Both the position numbers and the translations under genes were made by a program. A stretch of DNA of 64,000 nucleotides, from contig JACKDX010000002.1 of assembly GCA_020633325.1 (NCBI GenBank), forward strand, positions 270,901 through 334,900. The letters are read 5' to 3'. Below are positions 8,658 through 17,121 of the stretch, piece by piece. The notes beneath the pieces are model-generated. The model had not been told where the DNA came from and ran no database searches. It saw only the letters and a list, made by a program, of their open reading frames with translations. The stretch comes from Myxococcales bacterium. Its GTDB lineage: Bacteria; Myxococcota_A; Polyangia; Polyangiales; GCA-016699535. Within the stretch, counting starts at the first letter, position 1; the number at the start of each line of letters is the position of its first letter.

Positions 8658-9991
8658 GGCGTACTCCCGCTAGGGGGCGTAGTGGTTTTTTTCGGACCAG
8701 AGCGCCGCGCTCCTTGGACGACCACGAACTCCACGCGGCGATTGCGTTGATGGGCTTGTTCGGTGGTGGCAGGGTCGCGTAGGCGCGTCGCACCGAATCC
8801 CTCAGCCTCAATAATGTTTCCTGGGATGCCACGCCGGACAAGCTCTCTTCTCACATTGACGGCTCGGCGTTCACTCAGCCTCTGGTTGAAGCTGGCTTTG
8901 CCTTGCTGGTCGGAATGCCCCTCGATGCGCAATAGCGTCCATTCGGGATGTTGCTTCCACAAATGTACGATGGCATCGAGAACAGGCCTTGCACCGCTTT
9001 TCACCCGAGAACGGTTGAGGTCGAAAAGAACGCGCTCCTCTAACACTACGCGATCTTCAACCAGCTCAATGAGTCCCTCGTCGGGGCACCCATCATGATC
9101 GTTGATCCCATTGACCGTCTCGGGCTCGTTCGGGCATTGATCTTCCGCATCGACAATTCCATCTCCATCGTTGTCGTTTTCGGGGCAGCCGTCATCGTCC
9201 TCATAGCCATCATGATCTTCGGCATCAAGAGGACATTTGTCGTCTGCATCGAGCACCTTGTCTTGGTCGTTATCCAGATCGGGGCATCCATCCTCATCTT
9301 GAAAGCCATCGTGATCTTCAGGGTCAGAGGGGCAGGTGTCGTCGGAATCCATGATTCCATCGCCATCGGTGTCCTTCGGTGCTGAAGAGACCCGTGCGGA
9401 GGATGTGGGCGCCTCATCAAGAAACGTGAACTCGAGCCCCGCGAGGAGCAGCCTGGCATCCCGGCTATCTACGCTGCTGGTCGCGTCAATAATCTGCAGG
9501 TAACGCACGGTTGGCGACACGCGAATGGCGCCCAGGGCAAATCCCCATCCCAGAGCCGCCTCGATGGAGGGATGTAAGTCCTCCCCGGAGAAGCCGCCGC
9601 CTCCGGCCACTTCGAGCCAAGGGCCAACGCCGCGTCGCGGGTCGCTGGCGTCGGAGAAGGGGCGGAAACGCGCAGCAGCGCTGGCAGTAAACCAGGTGCC
9701 ATTCCCAGTGTCGCGCAGAAGGGTGTCCGGATTTTTGTCCCACAGGATGCCACCTCGCAGTTTTAAACCCGGCACAAGCCAGTGCATGAGGGGTCGATAG
9801 AGTCCCACTCCCAGGGACCCGCCGACATTAAACCAATCTGTTTGGGGCTGCGTCAGCGGCACCGCAAGGTCGGCTTCAGCCGCCAATAGCCATGGTTCTT
9901 CAGCGTAACTGGCACGGGGAGCACTAAACGCCCCAAGGGCCGCTAAAAAAGCCACGCGTCGTATGAGCCTGCGCATATGCATGGATAACAT
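8654..9991 (-). CDS. OmpA-family outer-membrane protein with thrombospondin type-3 (Ca-binding) repeats
   Basis: Signal peptide (MLSMHMRRLIRRVAFLAALGAFSAPRASYA), putative N-terminal beta-barrel, and a run of TSP3 repeats (DTDGDGIMDSDDTCP..DHDGFQDEDGCPDLDND...). C-terminal OmpA peptidoglycan-binding domain (RIEGHSDQQG...NQRLSERRA). Start taken at the ATG at 9991, which overlaps the SDR stop as TAATG. The longest ORF extends to 10006. Confidence 0.85.
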   Translation of the reverse strand: MLSMHMRRLIRRVAFLAALGAFSAPRASYAEEPWLLAAEADLAVPLTQPQTDWFNVGGSLGVGLYRPLMHWLVPGLKLRGGILWDKNPDTLLRDTGNGTWFTASAAARFRPFSDASDPRRGVGPWLEVAGGGGFSGEDLHPSIEAALGWGFALGAIRVSPTVRYLQIIDATSSVDSRDARLLLAGLEFTFLDEAPTSSARVSSAPKDTDGDGIMDSDDTCPSDPEDHDGFQDEDGCPDLDNDQDKVLDADDKCPLDAEDHDGYEDDDGCPENDNDGDGIVDAEDQCPNEPETVNGINDHDGCPDEGLIELVEDRVVLEERVLFDLNRSRVKSGARPVLDAIVHLWKQHPEWTLLRIEGHSDQQGKASFNQRLSERRAVNVRRELVRRGIPGNIIEAEGFGATRLRDPATTEQAHQRNRRVEFVVVQGARRSGPKKTTTPPSGSTP

Positions 9992-10869
9992 TAAAACGGG
10001 CCCCATTTTCGCACATTCGGCAGGGCATAGTAAAGAACGCGATGATAGACGTTGCGGGGAAGCAGCCGGCGCAACAATGCAAAGAAATGCGCATCGAGGG
10101 TGGCGGGCACCCGCAAAGGGGGGCGCCGCCGCTCCATGGTCTTTAAAATTGTGTTTGCGACATCTTCGGGCGTGGCAAACGCAAGTCGCATCATGCGCGC
10201 GATGAATGGCTGCATGAAACGATAATGGTTATGGTACGGATCCAGTTCGCTGGTCTCCGATCGCTGACTGCTAGATGTGCGACGCGTCTTCATGAAGGAT
10301 TCCGAGTTAATAAACCCGGGCTGAATGAGACTTACGCGAATGTTCCAAGGCCTGACTTCATACCACAACGCTTCAGTGGCTCCCTCCAGCGCAAATTTCG
10401 AGGCGCTGTACATGGCCATCGTGGGCATCGCCATCATCCCCCCTACCGAGGATATGTTGAGAATACGGCCAGCCTTTTTTTGACGCATTCCAGGCAGCAC
10501 TAGTCGAACCAGCTCCATCGGTGCATTGAAATTGATGTCCATCTGTTCGAGGCGTTCGTGGTCTTTCAAATGCTCCACGACGGAGCGATAGGCAATACCT
10601 GCATTGTTGATGAGCACATCCACACCGCTCCAACGTTCGCTTGCTTCTTCGATCACCCGACGCCTTTGTGACCCGTCGGTGACGTCCATCGGCCTAACCC
10701 ACACCCGTGGACTTTCCTGCAGGCCTTGTTCCTTGAAACGCGCAAGCGATTGGCTACGAGCAGTCAGAATAACTCGGTGCTCGGTCTGAACTAACCTCCG
10801 AGATAAGGCTAGACCCAGGCCGGTGCTTGCGCCTGTGACCAACACCACCTTGGCCCCAAAGTCCATCAA
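9991..10869 (-). CDS. Short-chain dehydrogenase/reductase (classical SDR)
   Basis: 292 aa. Cofactor motif VTGASTGLGLAL, NNAG, catalytic YSASKFALEG. Confidence 0.8.
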   Translation of the reverse strand: MMDFGAKVVLVTGASTGLGLALSRRLVQTEHRVILTARSQSLARFKEQGLQESPRVWVRPMDVTDGSQRRRVIEEASERWSGVDVLINNAGIAYRSVVEHLKDHERLEQMDINFNAPMELVRLVLPGMRQKKAGRILNISSVGGMMAMPTMAMYSASKFALEGATEALWYEVRPWNIRVSLIQPGFINSESFMKTRRTSSSQRSETSELDPYHNHYRFMQPFIARMMRLAFATPEDVANTILKTMERRRPPLRVPATLDAHFFALLRRLLPRNVYHRVLYYALPNVRKWGPF

Positions 10870-10909
10870 GACCCGCAGTATACGCTACTTTTCTCTTGGA
10901 ATCAGGATG

Positions 10910-12817
10910 TCAAACATCCAATTCTTCGGCGTTTGCAAAGATAGAACGCTCCATGATGAACTCGAAGCGCGGTGCGGGGTCTTTTCCCATCAGGTCATTG
11001 AGCACCCTATCGGTGTGCATTTCTCCGTCAATGATGACCCTGAGTGCGCGGCGTCGCCTGGGGTCTAGCGTGGTGCTTTTGAGTTCCTCGGCAGACATTT
11101 CGCCGAGGCCCTTGAATCGACTTACCTCGGGTTGGATGTTGGGCGCGAGCCCCGCCAAGGTTTTATTCTTTTCCGCCTCATCCAACGGCCAAAAGGTCTC
11201 TTTGCCTGCATCGATACGGAAAAGAGGTGGCTGAGCGATATAAATATGCCCGTTTCGCAACAGGCCGGGCAGCATGCGATAGAAAAACGTCAATAGGAGC
11301 ATCGCGATGTGATGCCCATCGCTATCAGCATCCATGAGCAGGAAGACTTTGTCGTAACGGAGCTTGCTCAGATCGAATGCTTTGCCCGAGCTGCAGCCAA
11401 GCGCTGAAATGATATCTTGCAGTTCGCGGTTGGCCGCCACGGCGGCACTGGAGGCACGCTCGGCATTGAGCACCTTTCCGCGAAGAGGCAGAATGGCCTG
11501 CGTGCGACGGTCGCGGCCCTGTTTAGCATTGCCGCCAGCGCTATCGCCTTCTACCAGAAAGAGTTCGCTCTCTTTAGGATCAGTGCTAGCGCAGTCGGAC
11601 AGTTTACCCGGGAGATTGAGCCGATGGCTGATGGCCGTTTTGCGTTGCACTTGTTGAATGGCCGTGCGGCTTGCCTCGCGCGCCCTTGCAGAAAGTACCA
11701 TCCGTGCAACGATGGCATCGGCAAGCGTGGCGTTCTCAAGAAGCCAAAGTTCTAGCGCACTTCGCACGGCGCCTTCCACTGCCGGGGTTACGTCGGGATT
11801 GTTGAGTCGATCCTTGGTTTGTCCCTGAAATTGTGGCTCTCTCACGTAGATACTCAAGATGGCAACAAGGCCCTCGCGGATATCTTCCGCGCTCAGGTTG
11901 ATGCCCCTCGGCGTAAGTTTCTTGGCGGTCAAATAACCTCGAACCGCCTTAAGAATGCCCTGCTTGAGGCCGGTCTCATGACTACCTCCGGAGGCAGTGT
12001 TGATCCCATTGGCATAAGAGCGGATGCATTCATCCGTGGCTTCCGTCCACTCGAGGGCGAGTTCAATTCTCGCCTCACCTTTAGCATCGAGTGTGAACGG
12101 CTGACTGTGGACAGCAGCCTTGCCCTGGTCCGTGACGAGCTTCTTAAGAAAATCCACAATGCCTCCCGGATGCTCGAATTCTTTCTGCTCGGCATTGGCT
12201 TCATTGCGGTAAACTAGCTTCAATCCCTTGTGCAAGTAGGCTTTGGCCTCGAGATGCTCCGCCACTTTAAGGGGATCAAACTGCGTGTTCTTACCAAAAA
12301 TCTGCGCATCGGGATGGAAGGTAATGGTGGTGCCATGTTTCTTGGTTGCTCCTAGCTTTCGAAGCTTGGATTTAACCAGACCGCGGCCAAAGACTTGCTC
12401 AAACTCTTGCCCGTCGCGGCTGACGGAAACCACCATCTCCTCGGAAAGCGCATTGACTACAGAGGAGCCGACGCCATGCAGGCCACCTGCCACGGTATAA
12501 TTCTTGTCCTCAAACTTTCCGCCGGCATGGAGCGTACAAAGGATGAGCTCTAACGCCGAGCGCTTGTATTTGGGATGCTTGTCGACAGGAATGCCGCGCC
12601 CGTTGTCGGTCACCGTGGCGGTGCGCAGATCCTTGTGAAGGGTAACGTCTATGAGCGTGGCGTGACCATTAATAGCTTCGTCGACCGCGTTGTCCACGAT
12701 CTCCCAAAGAAGATGGTGGTAGCCTCTGACATCAACGCCGCCGATGTACATCGCCGGCCGTTTCCGGACCGGCTCAAGGCCTTCGAGAACTTCAATATCT
12801 TTGGCGGTATAGGCCAT
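10910..12817 (-). CDS. parE: Type IIA topoisomerase subunit B, topoisomerase IV ParE-like
   Basis: GHKL ATPase N-terminus (YHHLLWEIVDNAVDE, GLHGVGSSVVNALS). Toprim domain EGDSAGG, PLRGKVLN, DADSDGHHI. About 635 aa from the [11 protein letters not shown] start, so it lacks the ~170-aa insertion of proteobacterial GyrB. The ATG at 12817 overlaps the parC stop (TAATG). Confidence 0.75.
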   Translation of the reverse strand: MAYTAKDIEVLEGLEPVRKRPAMYIGGVDVRGYHHLLWEIVDNAVDEAINGHATLIDVTLHKDLRTATVTDNGRGIPVDKHPKYKRSALELILCTLHAGGKFEDKNYTVAGGLHGVGSSVVNALSEEMVVSVSRDGQEFEQVFGRGLVKSKLRKLGATKKHGTTITFHPDAQIFGKNTQFDPLKVAEHLEAKAYLHKGLKLVYRNEANAEQKEFEHPGGIVDFLKKLVTDQGKAAVHSQPFTLDAKGEARIELALEWTEATDECIRSYANGINTASGGSHETGLKQGILKAVRGYLTAKKLTPRGINLSAEDIREGLVAILSIYVREPQFQGQTKDRLNNPDVTPAVEGAVRSALELWLLENATLADAIVARMVLSARAREASRTAIQQVQRKTAISHRLNLPGKLSDCASTDPKESELFLVEGDSAGGNAKQGRDRRTQAILPLRGKVLNAERASSAAVAANRELQDIISALGCSSGKAFDLSKLRYDKVFLLMDADSDGHHIAMLLLTFFYRMLPGLLRNGHIYIAQPPLFRIDAGKETFWPLDEAEKNKTLAGLAPNIQPEVSRFKGLGEMSAEELKSTTLDPRRRRALRVIIDGEMHTDRVLNDLMGKDPAPRFEFIMERSIFANAEELDV

Positions 12818-15186
12818 TAGCTTTCCTCGCCATAATCGGGGACGACTGGGTCCGGCCATACAACACCTGTTAACCGTCCCCGTTTGAACATGGCGTGTCC
12901 CTTGCCAGCGCGAGATACGACCTCGTACTTGCCAGCCGAGATCCGGTACTGCTTGCCTGACTCATGAACCGCTATAAGAGCGTCTCTGTCGCTGGCGAGG
13001 ATCTGAGCACCTGCTACACGGTCCTCGTTCACGAGTTTGATCAGTTTCACCCCTTTTCCTGGACCACCAAGAACCGGAACGTCGGACACCGCACATATCA
13101 ATGCCCGGCCTGCGTAGCTTGCCGTCGCTACGCATGCACTGTCGCCCTGGACCACTCCTACGTACACCATCTCATCGGCAGGATTGAGCCGACAGTAGCG
13201 TCTGCCCGCCCGTGTCGAAGGGTCTCGATGATTGCGAAGCGAGAAGCGCATTGCTAGCCCCATCTGGCTTACCGCGATGGCGAGTGGCGGCTCGGGCTCC
13301 GCGCCAGGTTGTGCTTCGGGCACCTCCAAACGTCGGGGATCAAAGGAGAACATCGCGATGATGCGTTCGCCATCTCCCATTTTAAACAGTTTTTGAATTG
13401 GATCTCCATGTCCCGTGGTGGCAGGAATGTCGGCAATACGGGAGACGTAACAGACGCCCATGTTTGAGAAAAATGCCACCACCGCCTTGGTCGAGCCAGC
13501 CTCTACCGAGAGCACGCGGTCACCTTCCCGTAACCGGGTGGCGGAGACGTCTTTAAGCTTTTGTTGTCGTTTGATACGGCCCTGGTACGACAGAATTACC
13601 ATGGCATCTTCTTCAATGATGAAGGCCTCGGCATCGAAAGAGGAGGTTTCGTTCGCATCCGTAATGCGGGTGAGCCGCTTGGTGCGATAGCGCTCTCTCA
13701 TCTGGGTTAACTCATCGTGAATCAGTGACCAGCGCTCCTTCGGGCTTTTTAGGAGACGGGCCAACTGTTTGGCTTCCTTCTTACATGCATCGAGTTCCTT
13801 GCGAATGACGAGAATTTCGAGCTGTGCCAACCGGTATAACCGCAGCTCCAGGATGGCATCAGTCTGCTCCGCGTCAAGCTTGAAGCGCTTCATGAGTTGT
13901 TCAGCAGCGTCGCTCTTTCCCTTGGATCGACGGATGAGCCTGAGCACTTCATCCAAAGCGTCAAATACGATCGCAAAACCCTCCAGTACGTGAATGCGTT
14001 TGGTGAGTTGCTCGAGGTCAAAGGTGGCACGTTTTGTGACCACTTCCATACGGAAAGCCAGAAAATGTTTGAGCACGGCCAATAGGTCGAGCCGTTGCGG
14101 GGCTGCTACGTCAGGGTGCGATGTAGGAACCAAGCAGGTAAGATTAACCTGCACGCTTGAACTGAGGGGAGTATGTTTGTGCAGATAGGCCATGACCAGC
14201 TCCGGATCGGTATCTTTTTTTAATTCCAGCACGATGCGCGTTTGGTCGGTGCTCTCATCTCGAACGTCGATCAGGGGCGGAAGCTTACGCGAGAGAATGA
14301 CCTCGGCGATTTTGGTGACCACGGCGCGCCTTTCGGTGGCGTAAGGAATCGTTTGAACGATGATATGCGTTGCTGCTCGTGGCGAGTTCTCCACCGTCCA
14401 CGTGCTGCGAAGCCGCAGCGACCCATGTCCCGTGGCATAAATTTCGCGAATCTCTGACGTGCTAGCATTGATTTCGCCTCCTGTGGGGAAATCGGGACCT
14501 TTTACAAATTTGAGTACGCCTTTGAGAGTGATTGCGGGGTCCTTGATCATGGCCAAGCACGCGTCCATCACCTCAGTGGGATTATGAGGAGGTATGGAGG
14601 TTGCCATACCCACCGCTATTCCCTGTGCGCCGTTGATCAACAAGTTAGGCACCCGCGCTGGCAACACAACCGGCTCAGTTCGGCTGTTGTCGTAATTGGC
14701 GCGAATGGCCACGGTGCGCTTCTTGATTTCCTCAAGCAGGTCATCAGCCAGCGCTTCAAGTCGCGCTTCAGTATAGCGCATGGCGGCCGGCGCATCCCCA
14801 TCAGGAGACCCAAAGTTACCTCGACCATTAACCAATGGCGCTCGCATAACAAACGGTTGCGCCAGGCGTGCCAGGGCGTCGTAGATCGACGTGTCGCCGT
14901 GCGGATGGTATTTGCCCATGACGTCGCCGACGATTAGCGCGCATTTGCGATGCTTCGCATCACTTCGCAGCTTGAGCTCATGGTACATCGCATACAGGAT
15001 GCGGCGCTGAACGGGCTTCAGCCCATCACGTACATCAGGGAGTGCTCGCGCCGTAATAACGCTCAATGCGTAGTTCAGATAACGGCGTTCGGCCTCGCTG
15101 GCCAAAGAAGCTTCGATGATCCTCGCGCCCATATTACCGACGCTGAGTTCAAGTTGGGTTTTACCCTTTTTTGTGCGGGAAGCCAT
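12817..15186 (-). CDS. parC: Type IIA topoisomerase subunit A, topoisomerase IV ParC-like
   Basis: [23 protein letters not shown] and active-site [10 protein letters not shown] are present. The C-terminal beta-pinwheel lacks a recognisable GyrA box (QRRGGKG), favouring ParC over GyrA. Start placed at MASRTKK (ATG at 15186, GAGG 8 nt upstream). The longest ORF reaches 15222. Confidence 0.75.
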   Translation of the reverse strand: MASRTKKGKTQLELSVGNMGARIIEASLASEAERRYLNYALSVITARALPDVRDGLKPVQRRILYAMYHELKLRSDAKHRKCALIVGDVMGKYHPHGDTSIYDALARLAQPFVMRAPLVNGRGNFGSPDGDAPAAMRYTEARLEALADDLLEEIKKRTVAIRANYDNSRTEPVVLPARVPNLLINGAQGIAVGMATSIPPHNPTEVMDACLAMIKDPAITLKGVLKFVKGPDFPTGGEINASTSEIREIYATGHGSLRLRSTWTVENSPRAATHIIVQTIPYATERRAVVTKIAEVILSRKLPPLIDVRDESTDQTRIVLELKKDTDPELVMAYLHKHTPLSSSVQVNLTCLVPTSHPDVAAPQRLDLLAVLKHFLAFRMEVVTKRATFDLEQLTKRIHVLEGFAIVFDALDEVLRLIRRSKGKSDAAEQLMKRFKLDAEQTDAILELRLYRLAQLEILVIRKELDACKKEAKQLARLLKSPKERWSLIHDELTQMRERYRTKRLTRITDANETSSFDAEAFIIEEDAMVILSYQGRIKRQQKLKDVSATRLREGDRVLSVEAGSTKAVVAFFSNMGVCYVSRIADIPATTGHGDPIQKLFKMGDGERIIAMFSFDPRRLEVPEAQPGAEPEPPLAIAVSQMGLAMRFSLRNHRDPSTRAGRRYCRLNPADEMVYVGVVQGDSACVATASYAGRALICAVSDVPVLGGPGKGVKLIKLVNEDRVAGAQILASDRDALIAVHESGKQYRISAGKYEVVSRAGKGHAMFKRGRLTGVVWPDPVVPDYGEES

Positions 15187-15307
15187 GCATACCTCGTTGT
15201 GATTCCCTACCAAGTCCCTCACGCTCGCGCAAAATAGAGTCCTTCTTACCCGGATTAGTGGGGATTTGCACTGTGCCTAGCTCGAACGAGCTTGCACGTA
15301 TATAGTT

Positions 15308-15595
15308 TTGGATATGGAAAAAGTCTCGCTTTCGCAATACGCCCTCATGATGGAGCTCGTGTGTTGTTTGCTGTTTGGCGGGATAGCATGCAGCGGCGCG
15401 GATTCCTCCTCGGCCAGACGGCGGAAGCAAGTCGAGAGCGGCCCCTCCTCATCAAAAAGCGATGAGAAACACGTAGAGCCTGTGCCTGTAGGGGCAGTAC
15501 ATCCGAACCGGGTGGGTGAAAGAAGCTATGTAGAAGAGTACTACGAACCGACCATCATTCCGCCGAAAGGCGCGGCCGAGCAGAATCGGCGTTAA
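15308..15595 (+). CDS. Possible small lipoprotein (hypothetical)
   Basis: 95-aa ORF in an otherwise 370-bp gap. The internal start MMELVCCLLFGGIACSG gives a short hydrophobic signal plus a lipobox-like IAC. The remainder is low-complexity. No homology recognised. Confidence 0.3.
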   Translation: MDMEKVSLSQYALMMELVCCLLFGGIACSGADSSSARRRKQVESGPSSSKSDEKHVEPVPVGAVHPNRVGERSYVEEYYEPTIIPPKGAAEQNRR

Positions 15596-16998
15596 GGTGA
15601 ATTCAGGCGTGAGTGCCGGCGCCCAAATCTAAAATAAATCACCATGCCGATAGCCATCCACCCCACAAAACGGATCCACGTGGCTGCTTCGAGACCGCAC
15701 ATCATGACAAAACAGACCAAAGCCCCGAGAGCCGGAAGATAGGGGCTCCAAGGCGCTCTAAAACCACGAGGTATATTCGGCTCAGTGACGCGCAGGATGA
15801 TCACTCCCACGCAGACGATCATGAAGGCAAAGAGCGTCCCGATACTTGTCATCTCTCCCGAGGCGCTGATCGGCAGAAGACCTGCGAGCACCATGACGAT
15901 AATACCAGTAATGAGGGTTGCACGGTAGGGCGTGTGCAGTGTGGGATGCACCTTGGCAATCCATGGGGAGATGAGTCCATCACGGCTCATGGCGAAAAAA
16001 ATGCGAGGCTGGGCCAGCAGCATGACGATCAGCACAGAGGCCAATCCGAGCACCGCGCCAATAGACACGAGCTGCATACCCCATGGGATGCCGACCATCT
16101 CAAGAGCTAAGGCCACCGGAGCAGGATGATTGAGTTCCGTATAGGGCACCATACCCGTGAGCACCAACGCCACAGCGATGTACAAGATAGTACAAATGCC
16201 AAGAGAGCCCAGGATGCCGCGGGGAAGGGTGCGCGGGGGATCTAGGGTCTCTTCTGAGGTGGTCGTGATCGCATCGAAGCCGATGTAGGCGAAGAATATA
16301 ACCCCCGCGCCCGAGACCACGCCCCAGACACCATACGGGAAAAAGGGCGACCAATTCTCGGGCTTCACCCAGGGAATTCCTAGGTAAAGAAACACGAAAA
16401 TGATACTCAACTTGAGAACGACCAAAAGGCCGGTGAGCCATGCAGACTCCTTGACACCCATGACAAGAAGAACTGTCACAAGCGCGATAATGCCGACCGC
16501 AGGCACATTAAAGACGCCCCCATCTAACGCTCCATGAGTCCAGGCTTGGGGTAGCATGACGCCATAGCCTTCTAGCCATTTCACGAAGTAACCTGACCAG
16601 CCGATGGCTACGGTGCAAGCGGCTACGATATACTCAAGAATCAAGTCCCATCCAATTAGCCACGCGACGAACTCCCCCAACGAAGCATACGCATAACTGT
16701 ATGCACTGCCTGCAATGGGAATCGTGGATGCCAGTTCCGCGTAACAAAACGCGGCCAATGCACATCCGACACCACTCAAGAGGAATGACAACACGACAGC
16801 GGGGCCGGCTTTCGTTGCAGCCGCGGTTCCCGTAAGCACAAAAATACCGGCTCCCACAACAGCGCCCACGCCTAAAATTACGAGGTCGAACGTAGTGAGC
16901 CTGCGCGTAAATGTGTGTGAGCCTGACTCTGCTTCATCGCATATTGCTTGCACAGATTTTGTGCGAAACAGTGATGACTTAGAAAACAGCGAACTCAT
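15592..16998 (-). CDS. APC-superfamily amino-acid permease (cationic amino-acid transporter-like)
   Basis: 468 aa with about 12 predicted TM helices. N-terminal FDLVILGVGAVVGAGIFVLTG is typical of the APC/CAT family. Confidence 0.8.
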   Translation of the reverse strand: MSSLFSKSSLFRTKSVQAICDEAESGSHTFTRRLTTFDLVILGVGAVVGAGIFVLTGTAAATKAGPAVVLSFLLSGVGCALAAFCYAELASTIPIAGSAYSYAYASLGEFVAWLIGWDLILEYIVAACTVAIGWSGYFVKWLEGYGVMLPQAWTHGALDGGVFNVPAVGIIALVTVLLVMGVKESAWLTGLLVVLKLSIIFVFLYLGIPWVKPENWSPFFPYGVWGVVSGAGVIFFAYIGFDAITTTSEETLDPPRTLPRGILGSLGICTILYIAVALVLTGMVPYTELNHPAPVALALEMVGIPWGMQLVSIGAVLGLASVLIVMLLAQPRIFFAMSRDGLISPWIAKVHPTLHTPYRATLITGIIVMVLAGLLPISASGEMTSIGTLFAFMIVCVGVIILRVTEPNIPRGFRAPWSPYLPALGALVCFVMMCGLEAATWIRFVGWMAIGMVIYFRFGRRHSRLNSP

Positions 16999-17121
16999 AG
17001 TGGCTATGTGGTCAAGGACCCGTTAGCGCTGCGGGACAATAGGTGGACCTGCTGAAAAGGTCCAGCGCGCAAGGGGTTGATCCAAGTTGACCAGGCCAGA
17101 TTTCACGGGTAGGACGGCGCG

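Noticed and set aside
10910-15222. Calling the topoisomerase pair gyrA/gyrB
   Set aside because: The A subunit has no visible GyrA box in its C-terminal domain, and the B subunit is of the short form. ParC/ParE is the better-supported call, though a phylogeny is needed.
15279-15292. Inverted repeat AGCTCG-aa-CGAGCT upstream of parC
   Set aside because: The arms are only 6 bp and there is a single occurrence. A role as an operator is plausible, but the repeat is too short to distinguish from chance without comparative data.
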